A stretch of DNA of 64,000 nt from a virus. The position numbers were made by a program, and so were the translations under genes. Each line of letters starts with the position of its first letter. Position 1 is the stretch's first letter. The DNA is taken from the IMG/VR virus record IMGVR_UViG_3300005436_000501, positions 1-64,000 of that record; one strand, written 5' to 3'. Below, one piece after another: positions 29,483 through 40,408 of the stretch. Under the pieces are notes generated by a model, which ran no database searches, was not told the DNA's origin, and saw only the letters and a list, made by a program, of their open reading frames with translations.

Positions 29483-31521
29483 CGTTCGCCCTCCGTGTCC
29501 CGGATCATCAGGTCGACCAGGTCGCCCGGGATGCCGCGTTCGATCGCGTCGGCGCGGTGCTCGGTGAGCCAGTCGCGCCGCTGCTCGGGCGTGTACCGCC
29601 GCCACAGGTCCGAGGCGTTGGGCGGCAGGATGACCAGGCCGCCGGTGCTGTCGGCCTGCGCCTGGAGCCACAGGCGGTGCAGCCGGGCCATCTCCGGGTC
29701 GGACTTGGGCGTGATCGCCAGGAGCGGCGGGCACTGCGTGTCGAGCACGGCCATGACTGCGTCCGCCTGCGCGTCCGGGGTGAGGGTGCGGCAGTCGTCG
29801 AGCACGGTGCGAATACGGGCGCGCAGGTCGTCAGTCATCGCGACCACCCTCGGTGCCGGGCTCGTCGGCGGGTCCGTCGAGGGTTTCGTGCAGGATCCGG
29901 CTCGCCTCCTGGCGCAGCGTGCCGTCGGGCGACGCCGACCAGGTGATCGCGAGTTGCCGGACGCGGGCGACGGTGTCCGTGGCGACGCGCAGGCGGCGTT
30001 CGATCTCGTCGCGCTGCGGGTCGACGCGTTCGTGGATCGCGGCGAGGAACGCGTCCATCTCCTCCGGCGGCACGTCGGCCGGCCCGGCGAGCTCGTCGAT
30101 CGACTCGATCGGGGACACGCCCTGCTCGGCGGCCAGGTCCTCGAGCGTCCGGGTGCGCATCTGGACCTCGATCGTCGAGATCCCGACGGGGAACGGCGAC
30201 CAGGGGACGCGCGCCCACACCCCGCGCCCCAGGTGCGTGTACCCGGCCGTGGTGACCGTGACGTGTTCGCCTGTCTCGTCGGGGTCGTGGCGGGGGCAGT
30301 AGTGCTTGCCGTCGCGGGTGGACCACCCGGCTTCCGCGAGTGCCACCTCGACGGTCTCGGGACTGGGGTCGTCGGGGGTGAGGGTCGGGCAGGCGCCGGC
30401 GAGGGCGTGGGCGGCGCGTTCGCAGGTCACGGTGACGCGGTGCGTGATCACAGCGCGGCCTCGGTCTCGGCCGGTTCGGTCGCGGCGTCGGCGCACTGCT
30501 CGAGCCACGAATGCCCGCAGGTGCGGCACGCCCGCACCACATGCTCCGGATGGCCGGGATCCGCGGTGAACCCACCGCCGGACCACGCCGGGCGGAACTC
30601 GACGGTCGGTGCACGGTTCGCCTCGCCGCACTTCGAGCAGGGGACGTTGCCCCGGCTGAACGGCGGCAGGTCCGGGTGTTCGCCGAAGGTCAGGAGCGCC
30701 GCCGCAGTGGTCAGCGCCCCGGACCAGCCGGGGCGGTCCAGGGTCTCGATCTCCCGGGCGCAGAGCCCCCGCGTCGCCTGCTCGACGACGGCGGCGACGG
30801 CGTGGGCGAGTTCACTGCGCTGCCAGGTGGTGCGGCGCAGCCGGAACTGCCACCAGCGCCACGGGAACCGTTCGAGGGCGATCAGGGCGGCGCCGAGCGC
30901 CTCACTGGAGGGTTCGCGGTCGGTGGTCACAGGGCTCCGTTCAGGGTCGCGGCCGGCTGCCCGGCCTGGTCGGGTTCGAGGGCCGCGCGCAGTTGCGCGA
31001 TCACCCATGCGCCGCCCTGCGCGTACAGGGAGCCGGGTCCGTCCGGGTCGGGCAGCGTCCGCTCGGCCCGGGCGAGTTCGGCACGCACCACCTGGACCAG
31101 GGCGACGGCGGCTTCCCGCTGGGCGGCCTCACCCCGCCAGATGCGGGCCTGGTCGCTCTCCGTCTCGGCGCGGGCGACCGCGCAGTCCAGGGCGCGGGTG
31201 ACGGCCTGGGCGGTGTCGCCGGGCAGGTTCGCGCGCACCCACCGCAGCTCGGCGGCCAGGGTGCGGTGCGCCGGGGGCGCCTGCGTCTCGGTCACCGGGC
31301 ACCCCCGAACAGCACGCCGTGCTCCGCCCACGCGTTGGCCACGGTGGGCCGGTCCAGCCACGGCCCGGACACGTGGTCGTGGCACGGGCACACCCACACC
31401 CAGCGGGCACGCTCGACGAAAGCGCCGCCCTCGAACACGGTGAACGTGCGCGCCTCGACCCGCATCGCGTCCGGGTGCGCCGCGGCGAGACCGGGCGCAG
31501 TAGCGAGGTTCAGCGGCCCGG

Positions 31522-32043
31522 TCACCGTGCGTCCCCGCCGTGCCGGGTGACGCCCAGCGCCCCGCACCCGAAACCGCGGTGCACCAGGTTCGGGCGGTTC
31601 ACCGCCGAGAAGTCCGCCATCAGCTTGCCCAGGTGCCACTTGACGGTGTTCGGCACGAGATACATCTCCCGGGCGATCTGCGGGTTCGTCAACCCGCCGG
31701 CGGCCAGGTCGAGGATCTGCGCGCGCCGCGGCGTCAAAGCCACGGCGGGGCCCGGTTCGGCGTGCAGCAGGCCGCGGTGGTGGGCGAGCGCGACGCCGTG
31801 GGCGCTGTTGGACGCGCCGAGCGCGCGCAGCGCCCGGTACAGGTGGGCTTTGACGGCGTCGGCGCTCGAGTCGAGGCGGCGGGCGGCGCCGGCGGCGGTG
31901 TGGCCGTGGGCGAGCAGGGTCAGGATCTCGGTTTCGCGGGGTGTCAGGTCGCGGGCGCGGTGTCCGAGCGGGCCGAGCGCCAGCGCGAGGGTGGGGGCGT
32001 TCAGGCGCAGCGGCGCGCCCGGACGCTCCAGGGTGGCGGTCAC
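31522..32043 (-). CDS. Tandem LuxR-type HTH regulator
   Basis: LTPRETEILTLLAHG... and LTPRRAQILDLAAGGLTNPQIAREMYLVPNTVKWHL. Confidence 0.85.
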   Translation of the reverse strand: MTATLERPGAPLRLNAPTLALALGPLGHRARDLTPRETEILTLLAHGHTAAGAARRLDSSADAVKAHLYRALRALGASNSAHGVALAHHRGLLHAEPGPAVALTPRRAQILDLAAGGLTNPQIAREMYLVPNTVKWHLGKLMADFSAVNRPNLVHRGFGCGALGVTRHGGDAR

Positions 32044-32435
32044 TTCGAGGCCTTGCGGCGGGCCAGCGCGGCGGAGTCGCCCGGGTAGACCCAGAGTTCC
32101 CCCCACGGCTCCTCGCGGGCGACCATGCCCACCGCGCCGGGCGACACGCACTTGCCGTCCTTCTGGTGCGCGTCGAAGCCCGTGACGCTGCTGATCGTCT
32201 CGTGGCAGGAGCCGCAGTGGTTGCGGTCCCGGCCGGTCCACCACCGCCCGCATGCGCCGTGGCGGATCACCTCGTCCCGGGCGACGCCGAGCGACGCGGG
32301 GTCGGGCTGTGCCCCGGAATGGCCCCGGGAAGCTCCCGGGCGAGCGGATAGAGCGCCTGAGGGGGTCGGGTGCGAGGGATTTTGCATCGGGGGCTCCTGT
32401 CGGTCGTTGGCGGTCTGGTCGTGGAGGTCGGTCAC
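32040..32435 (-). CDS. FDXHR-type zinc-binding phage protein
   Basis: CGRWWTG...HCGSCHETISSVTGFDAHQ...C. Confidence 0.65.
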   Translation of the reverse strand: MTDLHDQTANDRQEPPMQNPSHPTPSGALSARPGASRGHSGAQPDPASLGVARDEVIRHGACGRWWTGRDRNHCGSCHETISSVTGFDAHQKDGKCVSPGAVGMVAREEPWGELWVYPGDSAALARRKASK

Positions 32436-32800
32436 GGGGTGCTCTTCGCGGTCTTCTGGCGTTCGCGGGCGGCGCGGCGCTTGAGTGCGCGGCGCTCGTC
32501 CTCGCTCATCCCGCCCCACACACCCGCGTCCTGGCCGGACTCCAGAGCCCACTGCAAGCACTGGTCGATCACGTCACAGCGGCGGCACACCGCCTTCGCG
32601 TCCTCGATCTGCAGCAGTGCCGGCCCGGTGTTCCCGATCGGGAAGAACAGCTCCGGGTCCTCATCGCGGCACGCGGCGCGGTGGCGCCAGTCCCGGTCGC
32701 CCGCCGGGTCCGGGTTGGTGAACCCGGGGCGCAGCACGGCCGCCACACGCCGGGCGGTGACCGCGGACGCCATCGCCGCGAGACCCTTCGCCTGCGTCAC
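32432..32800 (-). CDS. whiB: WhiB-family Fe-S transcription factor, WhiB1/WblE-like
   Basis: DWRHRAACRDEDPELFFPIGNTGPALLQIEDAKAVCRRC...CLQWALESGQDAGVWGGMSEDERRALKRR. Confidence 0.95.
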   Translation of the reverse strand: MTQAKGLAAMASAVTARRVAAVLRPGFTNPDPAGDRDWRHRAACRDEDPELFFPIGNTGPALLQIEDAKAVCRRCDVIDQCLQWALESGQDAGVWGGMSEDERRALKRRAARERQKTAKSTP

Positions 32801-35448
32801 GACGCACCGCCGGTCGCGTGGCCGCGCAGCAGCTCGGCCGTGAGGTCCTGAATCTCGGCCGCCGCCTCGTGCTGCGCGCGGGACTTCACGCACGCCGGGT
32901 CGGTGCACTCCGCCTCCGGGCCCGGGTGGGTCGGCTCGTCCTGTCCGGGCGCCGGGTGCGGGCCGACCGCGCGCTGGCGGCGCACCACGTCCAGCAGCGA
33001 CTCGGGCGCTGCTGGCGCGGGCTTGATCTCGATGTCGTCCTGGTCGCGGCCCCGCCACCACACCGGGAACGGTGAGACGCGCACCTCGAAGTCGGCGGTG
33101 TCCGGCGCCCACAACTCGTCGTTCTGCCACGTGGACGCGATCTCGGCGAGTACGCACCGGTCCAGGGCCGGGCCGGGGCCGACCAGGTTCCCGTTGTCGT
33201 CGTACTCGTCGGCGTCGCGGCGGCACGCGGGCACGTCGCCGATCGGCAGCACCGTCAGGTCGCGGGTGTCGTGGGGGCAGAGGATCTCGGCGACGAGGGC
33301 GCGGTCCTGCAGGCGCACGCGGGCGGTGTGCCCGTCGTCGAGCCATTCGGTGTCGGACTCGGTGGGGACGGTCATGCTGCTGCGCTCCTGATGGGTGCGG
33401 GGACGGGGTTGGGCGGGCACAGGTCGGCGACCTCGGGCAGGCCAGCCGTGGCGGACGGCGAGTGCGCCGAGCACCACCAGCCCGCTGGGTAGGGCCGCAC
33501 GGGGCCCTCGCATTCGCGGTCGGGCCGGGTGGCGTACCCGCACGGGCCGGTGAAGGCCCGGCGGATACGCGGCGCGCGGAGGTCGGCGGTCACGGGGTCG
33601 CCGTCGCGGGGATCTCGAGTTGACCCGGGACCGGCTCCTGCGGCTCGCCGTCCTCGGGCAGGTCGTCGTTGGCGTCCCCGATCCAGTCCAGGCCGGAGTT
33701 CAGCGCCTCGGACACGATGCGGGCCATTCGCGCGGCCAGGATCGGCCCGGCCGGGTGGTCCGACTCCTGTGCGACCCGCAGCACCGCGGCGAGGGTGAAG
33801 GTGAACACGTTCCCCGCGACCAGACCCTCGGCGGCGTCGCGGATGGCGCGCTCGTGCGGGGGAGTCGGCGCGGCGGCGGGGACGACGAACTGGGCGACGT
33901 AGGGCTGGCTCTGGTCGTACATCCGGTTCGACAGGTTCACGAGGCGGTGGCGCACCTTCGTGACGCCCGGGGCGGCGGCCTGGGTGGTCGTGGTGTCGGT
34001 CACGGGTTCTCCTCGGTGTCGTGGCGGGTGTCGGTCAGGTCGGTGAGGGCTTCGCGGATCGCGGCGTCCCACGTGCGGCGGCTGGTGTGGTGGGTGCGCC
34101 CGGTGTCGGCGCGGCGGTCCGCGTCGAGCAGGACCGCGCGGCGCCGGGTGATCTCGTCGGGGGTGTCGGTGAACGGCGGCGCCCAACCCGCCGAAGCCGT
34201 CGGGCGCGACACGGGCAGCACCGGCTCGACGACGGGCTGCGGCGGCAGGCGTCGGCCCGGGCGGCGGGTGAGTGGGGTCGTCGGGCGCGTCACGCCGCAC
34301 CCTGCGGGACCAGGTCGCGCACCAGCTTCGGCAGCGACGCGTCGGCGTTCACCGGGCACCACCCGGCGCGAGCGGTGCAGCCTCTTCGTCGGCCGACCAT
34401 GCCAGGATCTCCAGGTCGGCGGGGTTGACCTGGTCGAGGCGTTGCGCGCCCGCGAGCTCGTCGACCATGGCGCCCAGGGCGGCTCGGCTGTTCCTGGCGA
34501 AGTACAACTCCTGGGCGAGGTTCGGGCGCCCGGCCAGGCCGAGCAGCTCGCTGGCGGCGCTCGGGATCTCGCGGACGCCGTCCGGGGTCGCGGCCAGCGC
34601 TGAGCCGGGGTTGAGGTGGTAGCCGCCCAGGTGGCACGCCCACCCGGCGAAGCACATCGCGGTGCCGCAGTCGGTCTTGCTGGTCCAGCGGGCCTGGTTC
34701 CACAGGTGGGGTTGCGCGTCGATGGCGGTGAGGATCTGGCGGGCGAGGGTGGCGTTGAACGGGTTGAGGGGCTCGGCGGTTTCGGTTGCGGCGCTCACCG
34801 GGCACCCCCGGTCCCGGCGCACTCGGGGCAGTTGCCGGGCTGGCCGATGTTCAGACCCGTGCCCTGGCACGGCTCGCAGTCACCGGACGCGGCGAGCGTG
34901 ACGGGCGGACCGGTGTACGTCGCGCCGCAGTCGCAGTTGCCGGGCGCGGTCAGGGAACCGTGCGGGGGCTGGATCGGGAACGAGTGCTCGTGCGGGGCGG
35001 CCGGCCGCGTCTCGACCAGGACGCCGCGGTGGAACACGTTCGGGACCAGGTCGTCGGTGTAGCACGGCTTCTGCCCGAACTTCGCCCGGTACCAGGCGTT
35101 GAACCGGTGGATCGAGTCGGCCAGCGCCCACGCGGTCTGCTCGGTCAGGGGCGCGCCGTCGGGGTTGTGCTCGCCCTGGGCGTCGGGCTCGTTGGTGTGC
35201 ACGTCGTCGGGGCCGATGACGTGCACGGCCCATTCGGTGTCGGCGTACTCGCGGGCGAACCAGGCGAGTTCGTCGGGGGTGTAGCCGGTCCAGCCGGTCG
35301 TGGCGGTTTGGGTGGCGGTCTGGTCGTTCATTGGCGAGGGTTCCTTCCGGTTGGGGTGCGTGGTCGGTGTCGGATGGGGTGCGGTTCGTCCCGTTTCATG
35401 ATCAAAACTGCGCCGGTTGGTGGCTCAAATGCGCCAGGTCGAGGCCGT

Positions 35449-35925
35449 TCACGCCGCCTCCCACAGGAAGCGCTGCACGCCGCCCGTGCCGCGGTCCTCA
35501 CGGGGCCGCGATGGCATGTCCCAACCCGGCCGCGCCCTGCGCTCCGCGATCACCCGCCACCCCGCGGCGCGCAGGCTCGACCCGGACTCGCCGTCCTGCG
35601 TGTACGTGACCAGGCGGCTGTAGCCCAGCGCCTTCGCGGCGCGCCACGCCGCCCCGTACAGGCACGAGTTCGCGTTCGCGGTCGCGTCGGTGGCCGTGCG
35701 GATCACCTCGAGCGTGTAGCCGTCGTCCAGGTGCCGGGCGACGGGGCGCCCGACGATCGCGACGCCGCGCAGGACCTTGTCGGCGGTGGCGACGCCCATG
35801 CAGAACTTCATCCCGGGCGGTGGGCGGTGGTGGCGGTGGTGTTCGGCGATGAACGTGCAGGCGTCGTTGAAGGAGACCGGGACCAGGTGCAGGGCTGGCT
35901 TGTCTGGTGCGCTGGTGGCGGTCAC
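35449..35925 (-). CDS. XF1762/Mom-like GNAT-fold protein (putative DNA modification)
   Basis: FIAEHHRHH...GVAIVGRPVAR...LEVIR...NANSCLYGAAWRAAKALGYSRLVTYT..ESGSSLRAAGW. Confidence 0.75.
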   Translation of the reverse strand: MTATSAPDKPALHLVPVSFNDACTFIAEHHRHHRPPPGMKFCMGVATADKVLRGVAIVGRPVARHLDDGYTLEVIRTATDATANANSCLYGAAWRAAKALGYSRLVTYTQDGESGSSLRAAGWRVIAERRARPGWDMPSRPREDRGTGGVQRFLWEAA

Positions 35926-35975
35926 GGCGGCCTCCTTCGGCGGGGTGTCGGGTGGTGTCCGGGCGGGATTCATGA

Positions 35976-36494
35976 TCAGAACGGGGGGCTGCCGTCGGCC
36001 GCCGTGCCGCCCCATCCGCCGTTCCCGGCCCCGCCGCCCGCCCACGGGTCGCCCTGCTGGCTGCCGCGGGTGGCCTGCCCGCCGCCGGGCCGCTGCGTGG
36101 ACGGGGCGCCCCCGCGGTTGCTGTTGCCGGTCGCCTTCGTGACCTTGGCTGTGGCGTATTTGAGGCTCACGCCGATCTCCTCGACGTCGAGTTCGACGAC
36201 GGTGCGCTTCTCGCCCTCACGGGTCTCGTAGGAGCGCTGCTTGAGGCGCCCGGTGACGACGACCCGGCAGCCCTTCTCGAGTCCGCTCTCGGCCAGGTTC
36301 TCGGCGGGCTGGCGCCACAGGGAGCAGCGCATGTAGAGAACGTCAGAGTCTTTCCACTCACTGGCCTGCTTATCGAAGACCCGCGTCGTGGACGCCACCG
36401 TGAACGACGCGACCGCCGCGCCGCTCGGGGTAAAGCGCAGTTCGGGAGCGTCCGTCAGCCCGCCGACAATCGTGATCAAGGTTTCACCGGACAT
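35976..36494 (-). CDS. ssb: Single-stranded DNA-binding protein
   Basis: [36 protein letters not shown]...[27 protein letters not shown]; Gly-rich tail ending PPF. Confidence 0.97.
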   Translation of the reverse strand: MSGETLITIVGGLTDAPELRFTPSGAAVASFTVASTTRVFDKQASEWKDSDVLYMRCSLWRQPAENLAESGLEKGCRVVVTGRLKQRSYETREGEKRTVVELDVEEIGVSLKYATAKVTKATGNSNRGGAPSTQRPGGGQATRGSQQGDPWAGGGAGNGGWGGTAADGSPPF

Positions 36495-37096
36495 GGGTCA
36501 CGCTGCTTTCGGAGTCGGGTCGGACGGGATGGAGGGGCTGGCGAGTCCTGCGTCCACGACCTCGCGCAGCCGCTGGCAGGCGTCACGGGCCTGCTCGGGG
36601 CTCAGGTACATGGCCATCAGCGCGGCGGCCCCGTCGACGAGGGTGCGCAGGTACGTCGCGGCGGCTTCCCGGGCGTCGTGTGTGCCGGGCCATCCGTCGC
36701 GGTTGTAGATCGCCCAGTAGGCGGCGTCGAGGTTGCGCAGGTCGTGCAGGGCGCCGTACGCGGCTGGGTCGGCGCTGTTCGCGCAGTGGTCGCAGACGGT
36801 GGCGGCTTGGTCGTCGGCGAGGGCGAACACGGCGGTGTTGAGCTCTTCGGGGATCTCGCCGTCACAGACGGCGCAGGGCGAGGTGAAGGGGCGGGCTGCG
36901 ATCCGCAGCGGGGTTGGGGGAGCGGGCATGGCGAGGCTCATTTCGGGTTGGGGTTCGTCGGGGTTGCGGTCCCGGGTCGGCGGGGCGGCGCAGGGGTGTG
37001 CGGCCTCGATCCGTTCGGCGAGAGCGGTGAGGCGGTCGATGGGTGCGTGGAGGGCTCCGAGGACGTGGCATTCGACGGCCGCACGGGGGGCTTCGG

Positions 37097-37291
37097 CTGT
37101 TCCCGTGCTGCGGACTGTTCCCTCCTTCTGAGGGAAGGACGGAGGGAACAATCCACAGCCATACACCCGGGAACAGGCGCCCCATGCGGCGGGAACAGGC
37201 GTGACCTGCTGTTCCCCGATTCCGGGGAACACTGTTCCCAAGATCGAGGAACAGTCGCCCCAAGAAGGGCTGCTCCCAAGATCAGGGAACA
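37097..37291. repeat. Cluster of about 11 GGGAACA(G)/CTGTTCCC repeats in both orientations; putative replication origin
   Basis: Copies near 37097, 37115, 37144, 37169, 37191, 37209, 37225, 37232, 37248, 37270 and 37285, directly downstream of the helicase. Confidence 0.65.
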
Positions 37292-37320
37292 AAAATCTCG
37301 GCTGAAAGTCGGACATAATT

Positions 37321-38406
37321 TCAGGCCGCCTTCGCCGCTTTGAGCGCCCTGGCGATGTCCGCCAGAACGGGTGCCTTGCCGGGCAGCGGGACCTTGTTGG
37401 CGGCAGCCCACTCGCGCAACTTGTCGCGACCCAGACCGCCCGGCGCCCCAGCCGCCACGAGGGCGTCTACGTGCCGCTGGATCGTCGCGTGGTGATCCAT
37501 CAGCGGACCGGGATCGGTCAACTCGTGGTTGGTACATCCCGGCAGCCATCCGCCGCCGCCCATCTCGCGTACTGCGCGGCGAGTGATGTCAAAGCTGTCC
37601 TGGCCGAGTCCTGACCGTGAGTGGGTTCGGCGCATCTTCAGGTTGGTGATGATCGTCTCTAGGCCGGCCTCGCGGTCGTATTCGTGACGCGGATCCTCAG
37701 CGGTAAACGTGAGTTCCCAGACCTGGTCGACGTCCTGCGCCTTGGCGGATGACCCGCGGGAGCCCTTCTCCTCGTCCTTGCCCATATGGTCGAGGCGGAT
37801 CCCGGCGACCCCGAGCCGCTTGAGCGGCGCGTGCACGAGCCGGTAGAACGACAGCCACGTGTCCGAGTCGTTCTCTTTCCCCGCGATGAACCGGGAGATC
37901 GTGTCGAAGACGACCAGGTCGGGCTTGCTCTGCTCGACGATGTCGAGCAGTTCGGCAACCGCGATGGCCGACTGATCGAGCGCGCCGCTGAAACTCGGGA
38001 AGAGCCGGTAGTCGAGCCCTTCCAGCTCGCGAGGTACGGCGCCGAAGCTGACCATGCGCGTGACGACGTCGCGCAGGTTGTTCTCGCGGTCGAAGTAGAG
38101 GACGCGCAGCGGTTCGTGGCGTTCGTCGGACAGGAATCGCCGTCCGGTGACGATGCGCCAGATCCAATCGTGGACGAGCAGGGTCTTGCCGACCTTCCCG
38201 CCGCCGACGAGCGCCGTTTGCTGGCCGTGTTCCATGAACTTGCCTGGGAGCCAGTTGACCTCGCTGAAGTCCGTGGCGAACGCGGACTCCCAATCGATGC
38301 GCGGGAATCGTTCCCGCTTCTCGTCTTCGGAGACGGGCGGGTCGATCTCCCGCCACGGGTCTTCGTCGGGCGGGAGGCCGGTGTTCGGGATGGCCTGCAT
38401 GGTCAC
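37321..38406 (-). CDS. AAA_25/RepA-like replicative helicase
   Basis: Walker A GGGKVGKT, VLYFDREN, Walker B LVVFDTISR, LDHMGKD...RGSSA. Confidence 0.85.
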   Translation of the reverse strand: MTMQAIPNTGLPPDEDPWREIDPPVSEDEKRERFPRIDWESAFATDFSEVNWLPGKFMEHGQQTALVGGGKVGKTLLVHDWIWRIVTGRRFLSDERHEPLRVLYFDRENNLRDVVTRMVSFGAVPRELEGLDYRLFPSFSGALDQSAIAVAELLDIVEQSKPDLVVFDTISRFIAGKENDSDTWLSFYRLVHAPLKRLGVAGIRLDHMGKDEEKGSRGSSAKAQDVDQVWELTFTAEDPRHEYDREAGLETIITNLKMRRTHSRSGLGQDSFDITRRAVREMGGGGWLPGCTNHELTDPGPLMDHHATIQRHVDALVAAGAPGGLGRDKLREWAAANKVPLPGKAPVLADIARALKAAKAA

Positions 38407-39395
38407 CGGCCACCGGCCTTGGCCATGGCGGTGCGCCACGCGTCGTCGATCTCGCGGCTGTCGCGCCCGGCCGTGTATCCGGCGTCGCGGATCGCGTCGA
38501 GCGCCTGATCCTCGGTAACCCGGCCGTCCGCGACGAGATGCGCCGCCGCGGTCGTGGCGGTGCACAGTTGGGCGTGACGGGTGCCCTCGGGTTCGACTGC
38601 GAGCCGCTGGGCGATGCCGTCGAGGATGCGCAGCCCCGCCCCGTCGTCGGCTTCGGCCCGCGGCCGGTAGTCGCGTCTGGCGCGGGGTTCGGGCATGTGC
38701 CCGGTGGCCTTGAGGTGGTGAAGGAGCCATTCGGGCGCCCGCGCGGGTTCGGTGACGTCGCCGAGGCGGGTGTAGCGCCCGGCCGGTTTGGCGGAGGTGG
38801 GGGCGACGATGAACGCGCCCGCGCTCTTGACGTCGACGAGCGGGCCGAACGCCCCGGCGAGGGACTTGATGGTCAGTCCGCGCGGGATGCGCCAGTACAG
38901 GTGCAGTCCCCCGGAGGGTGTGGCGACCATCATCGTGTCGTCCGGCCAGGGCAGCGATGCGCGGTCGGGGGTGCGGTAGCGGATCAGGGCGAGCGCGAAG
39001 ATGTCGTAGCCGTCGTTGACGCCTTCGATCTGACAACTGGGGTCTTCGATCTTGCCGTGGCTATTCGTGTCGAGGTCGATGACGAGCAGGTGGGCCGGGC
39101 CGGTGGCGATGCCGAGGTTCATCTGCGGGAACCGCTCGCACCAGGTTTCGAAGCGGTCGTGGTCGAGGGTTCCGGCGCGCCAGCCGTGGCAGTAGTCCAG
39201 CGGGTGCGGGCAGTCTTCGGGTCCGACGTGCGGGACGCGCTTGGGGGACTTGCTGCTGCACAGTTCGCAGGCCATGGGCCGGGACTGGCCGGGGACGAGG
39301 GGCAGCACGGGCCAGCCTCGTTGGATGAAGGCGTGACCGGCCCGCCTACGGCGCTCGTGGTCGCTGGCGGGCCGGGTGTCTGCGGGGTCGGTCAC
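38403..39395 (-). CDS. Bifunctional DNA primase/polymerase (Prim-Pol)
   Basis: GWPVLPL, NLGIATG, LLVIDLD, TPSGGLHLYW, VDVKSAGAFIVAPTS. Confidence 0.9.
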   Translation of the reverse strand: MTDPADTRPASDHERRRRAGHAFIQRGWPVLPLVPGQSRPMACELCSSKSPKRVPHVGPEDCPHPLDYCHGWRAGTLDHDRFETWCERFPQMNLGIATGPAHLLVIDLDTNSHGKIEDPSCQIEGVNDGYDIFALALIRYRTPDRASLPWPDDTMMVATPSGGLHLYWRIPRGLTIKSLAGAFGPLVDVKSAGAFIVAPTSAKPAGRYTRLGDVTEPARAPEWLLHHLKATGHMPEPRARRDYRPRAEADDGAGLRILDGIAQRLAVEPEGTRHAQLCTATTAAAHLVADGRVTEDQALDAIRDAGYTAGRDSREIDDAWRTAMAKAGGR

Positions 39396-40058
39396 GGACG
39401 GACGCTCCATGCCTGGTGCTCGTGGGTGGACGGGTGGGTCGCGGGCCGGAGCGGTCTCCGGGTGGGTATTTCGCGGCCTCAGTCCGTCGCGTTGTCCGTG
39501 GTCGGCTTGCGTGGGTATCGGTCGGCGAGCGCGCAGGCTTCGGCGATCTGGGCGATGACCAGGCGCGCACGCGCGGGGGAGACGCTGCCGCGCAGGCAGA
39601 AGTCGGCAAAGGAGACCTGCGCCGGGTGGCCGTCGCGCTGCACCACGCAGAGCCCATCCGGGCCGAAGTAGTCCACGGGGGTGTTGTGCTCGGTGTCGGT
39701 CGAGCGGTCGAGGTGCCCGACGCAGAAAGCGGGGTCGGTGGGCAGCCGCTCGTACCAGTCGTCGAACGAGTCGCGCGAGGCGTAGGCGCGGAGGCCTGTA
39801 CCATCCGGCATTGGATTCACTCCCGGTCAGATCGGGTGATGGGTCCGGGCCCCCGGCTGGTGTTCGCGCACCGGTTGGGGGCCACTTCGCTTTGGGCCGA
39901 TTTAGAGCCGCCGGGACTACCCCCGCCGACTTTCGCTCGGCCACGATGCATACTATCATTGCAACATGACTGAGCATAGGCAAGCGACGCGTCGGCCCGG
40001 AGGGAGGCATGACTTGGTTGCATTCCACCGATGCACCCCGGCGTGCGATCATTCCCCC

Positions 40059-40346
40059 GTGACCGACTACGACCCCGAGATCGAGGCCGCTGCGCTGGCC
40101 GAGCTCGACCGACTCGCAGCCGATTTCAAGGCCGCCACGGACGTCGCAGAGGAGAAGCGCGCAGCGCTCCACGAGGCGATCATCAGGCACCAGCGCGAGC
40201 GCAACGCCCCGCCCGGGAAGATCGCCGAACATGTCCCGTACGACCGCAACCACGTGCGGCGCCTCGCCGACGCGGCTGGCGTCCCGCCCCTGCGCACACC
40301 GACCGTGCAGCCGATCAAGCGGTCGCGGAAGCCGAAGGCGAGCTGA
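40059..40346 (+). CDS. Small HTH-like protein against the direction of the arm
   Basis: RAALHEAI...PPGKIAEHVPYDRNHVRRLADAAGVPP. Confidence 0.65.
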   Translation: MTDYDPEIEAAALAELDRLAADFKAATDVAEEKRAALHEAIIRHQRERNAPPGKIAEHVPYDRNHVRRLADAAGVPPLRTPTVQPIKRSRKPKAS

Positions 40347-40408
40347 CCGGTGCCGACAATCAACGATGCAGCCTCTGCTTCCTCGATGCTGAGCGCATCT
40401 GATTGGTG

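Noticed and set aside
37097-37291. CRISPR or mini-array
   Set aside because: Repeats are only 7-8 bp, in mixed orientation and irregularly spaced
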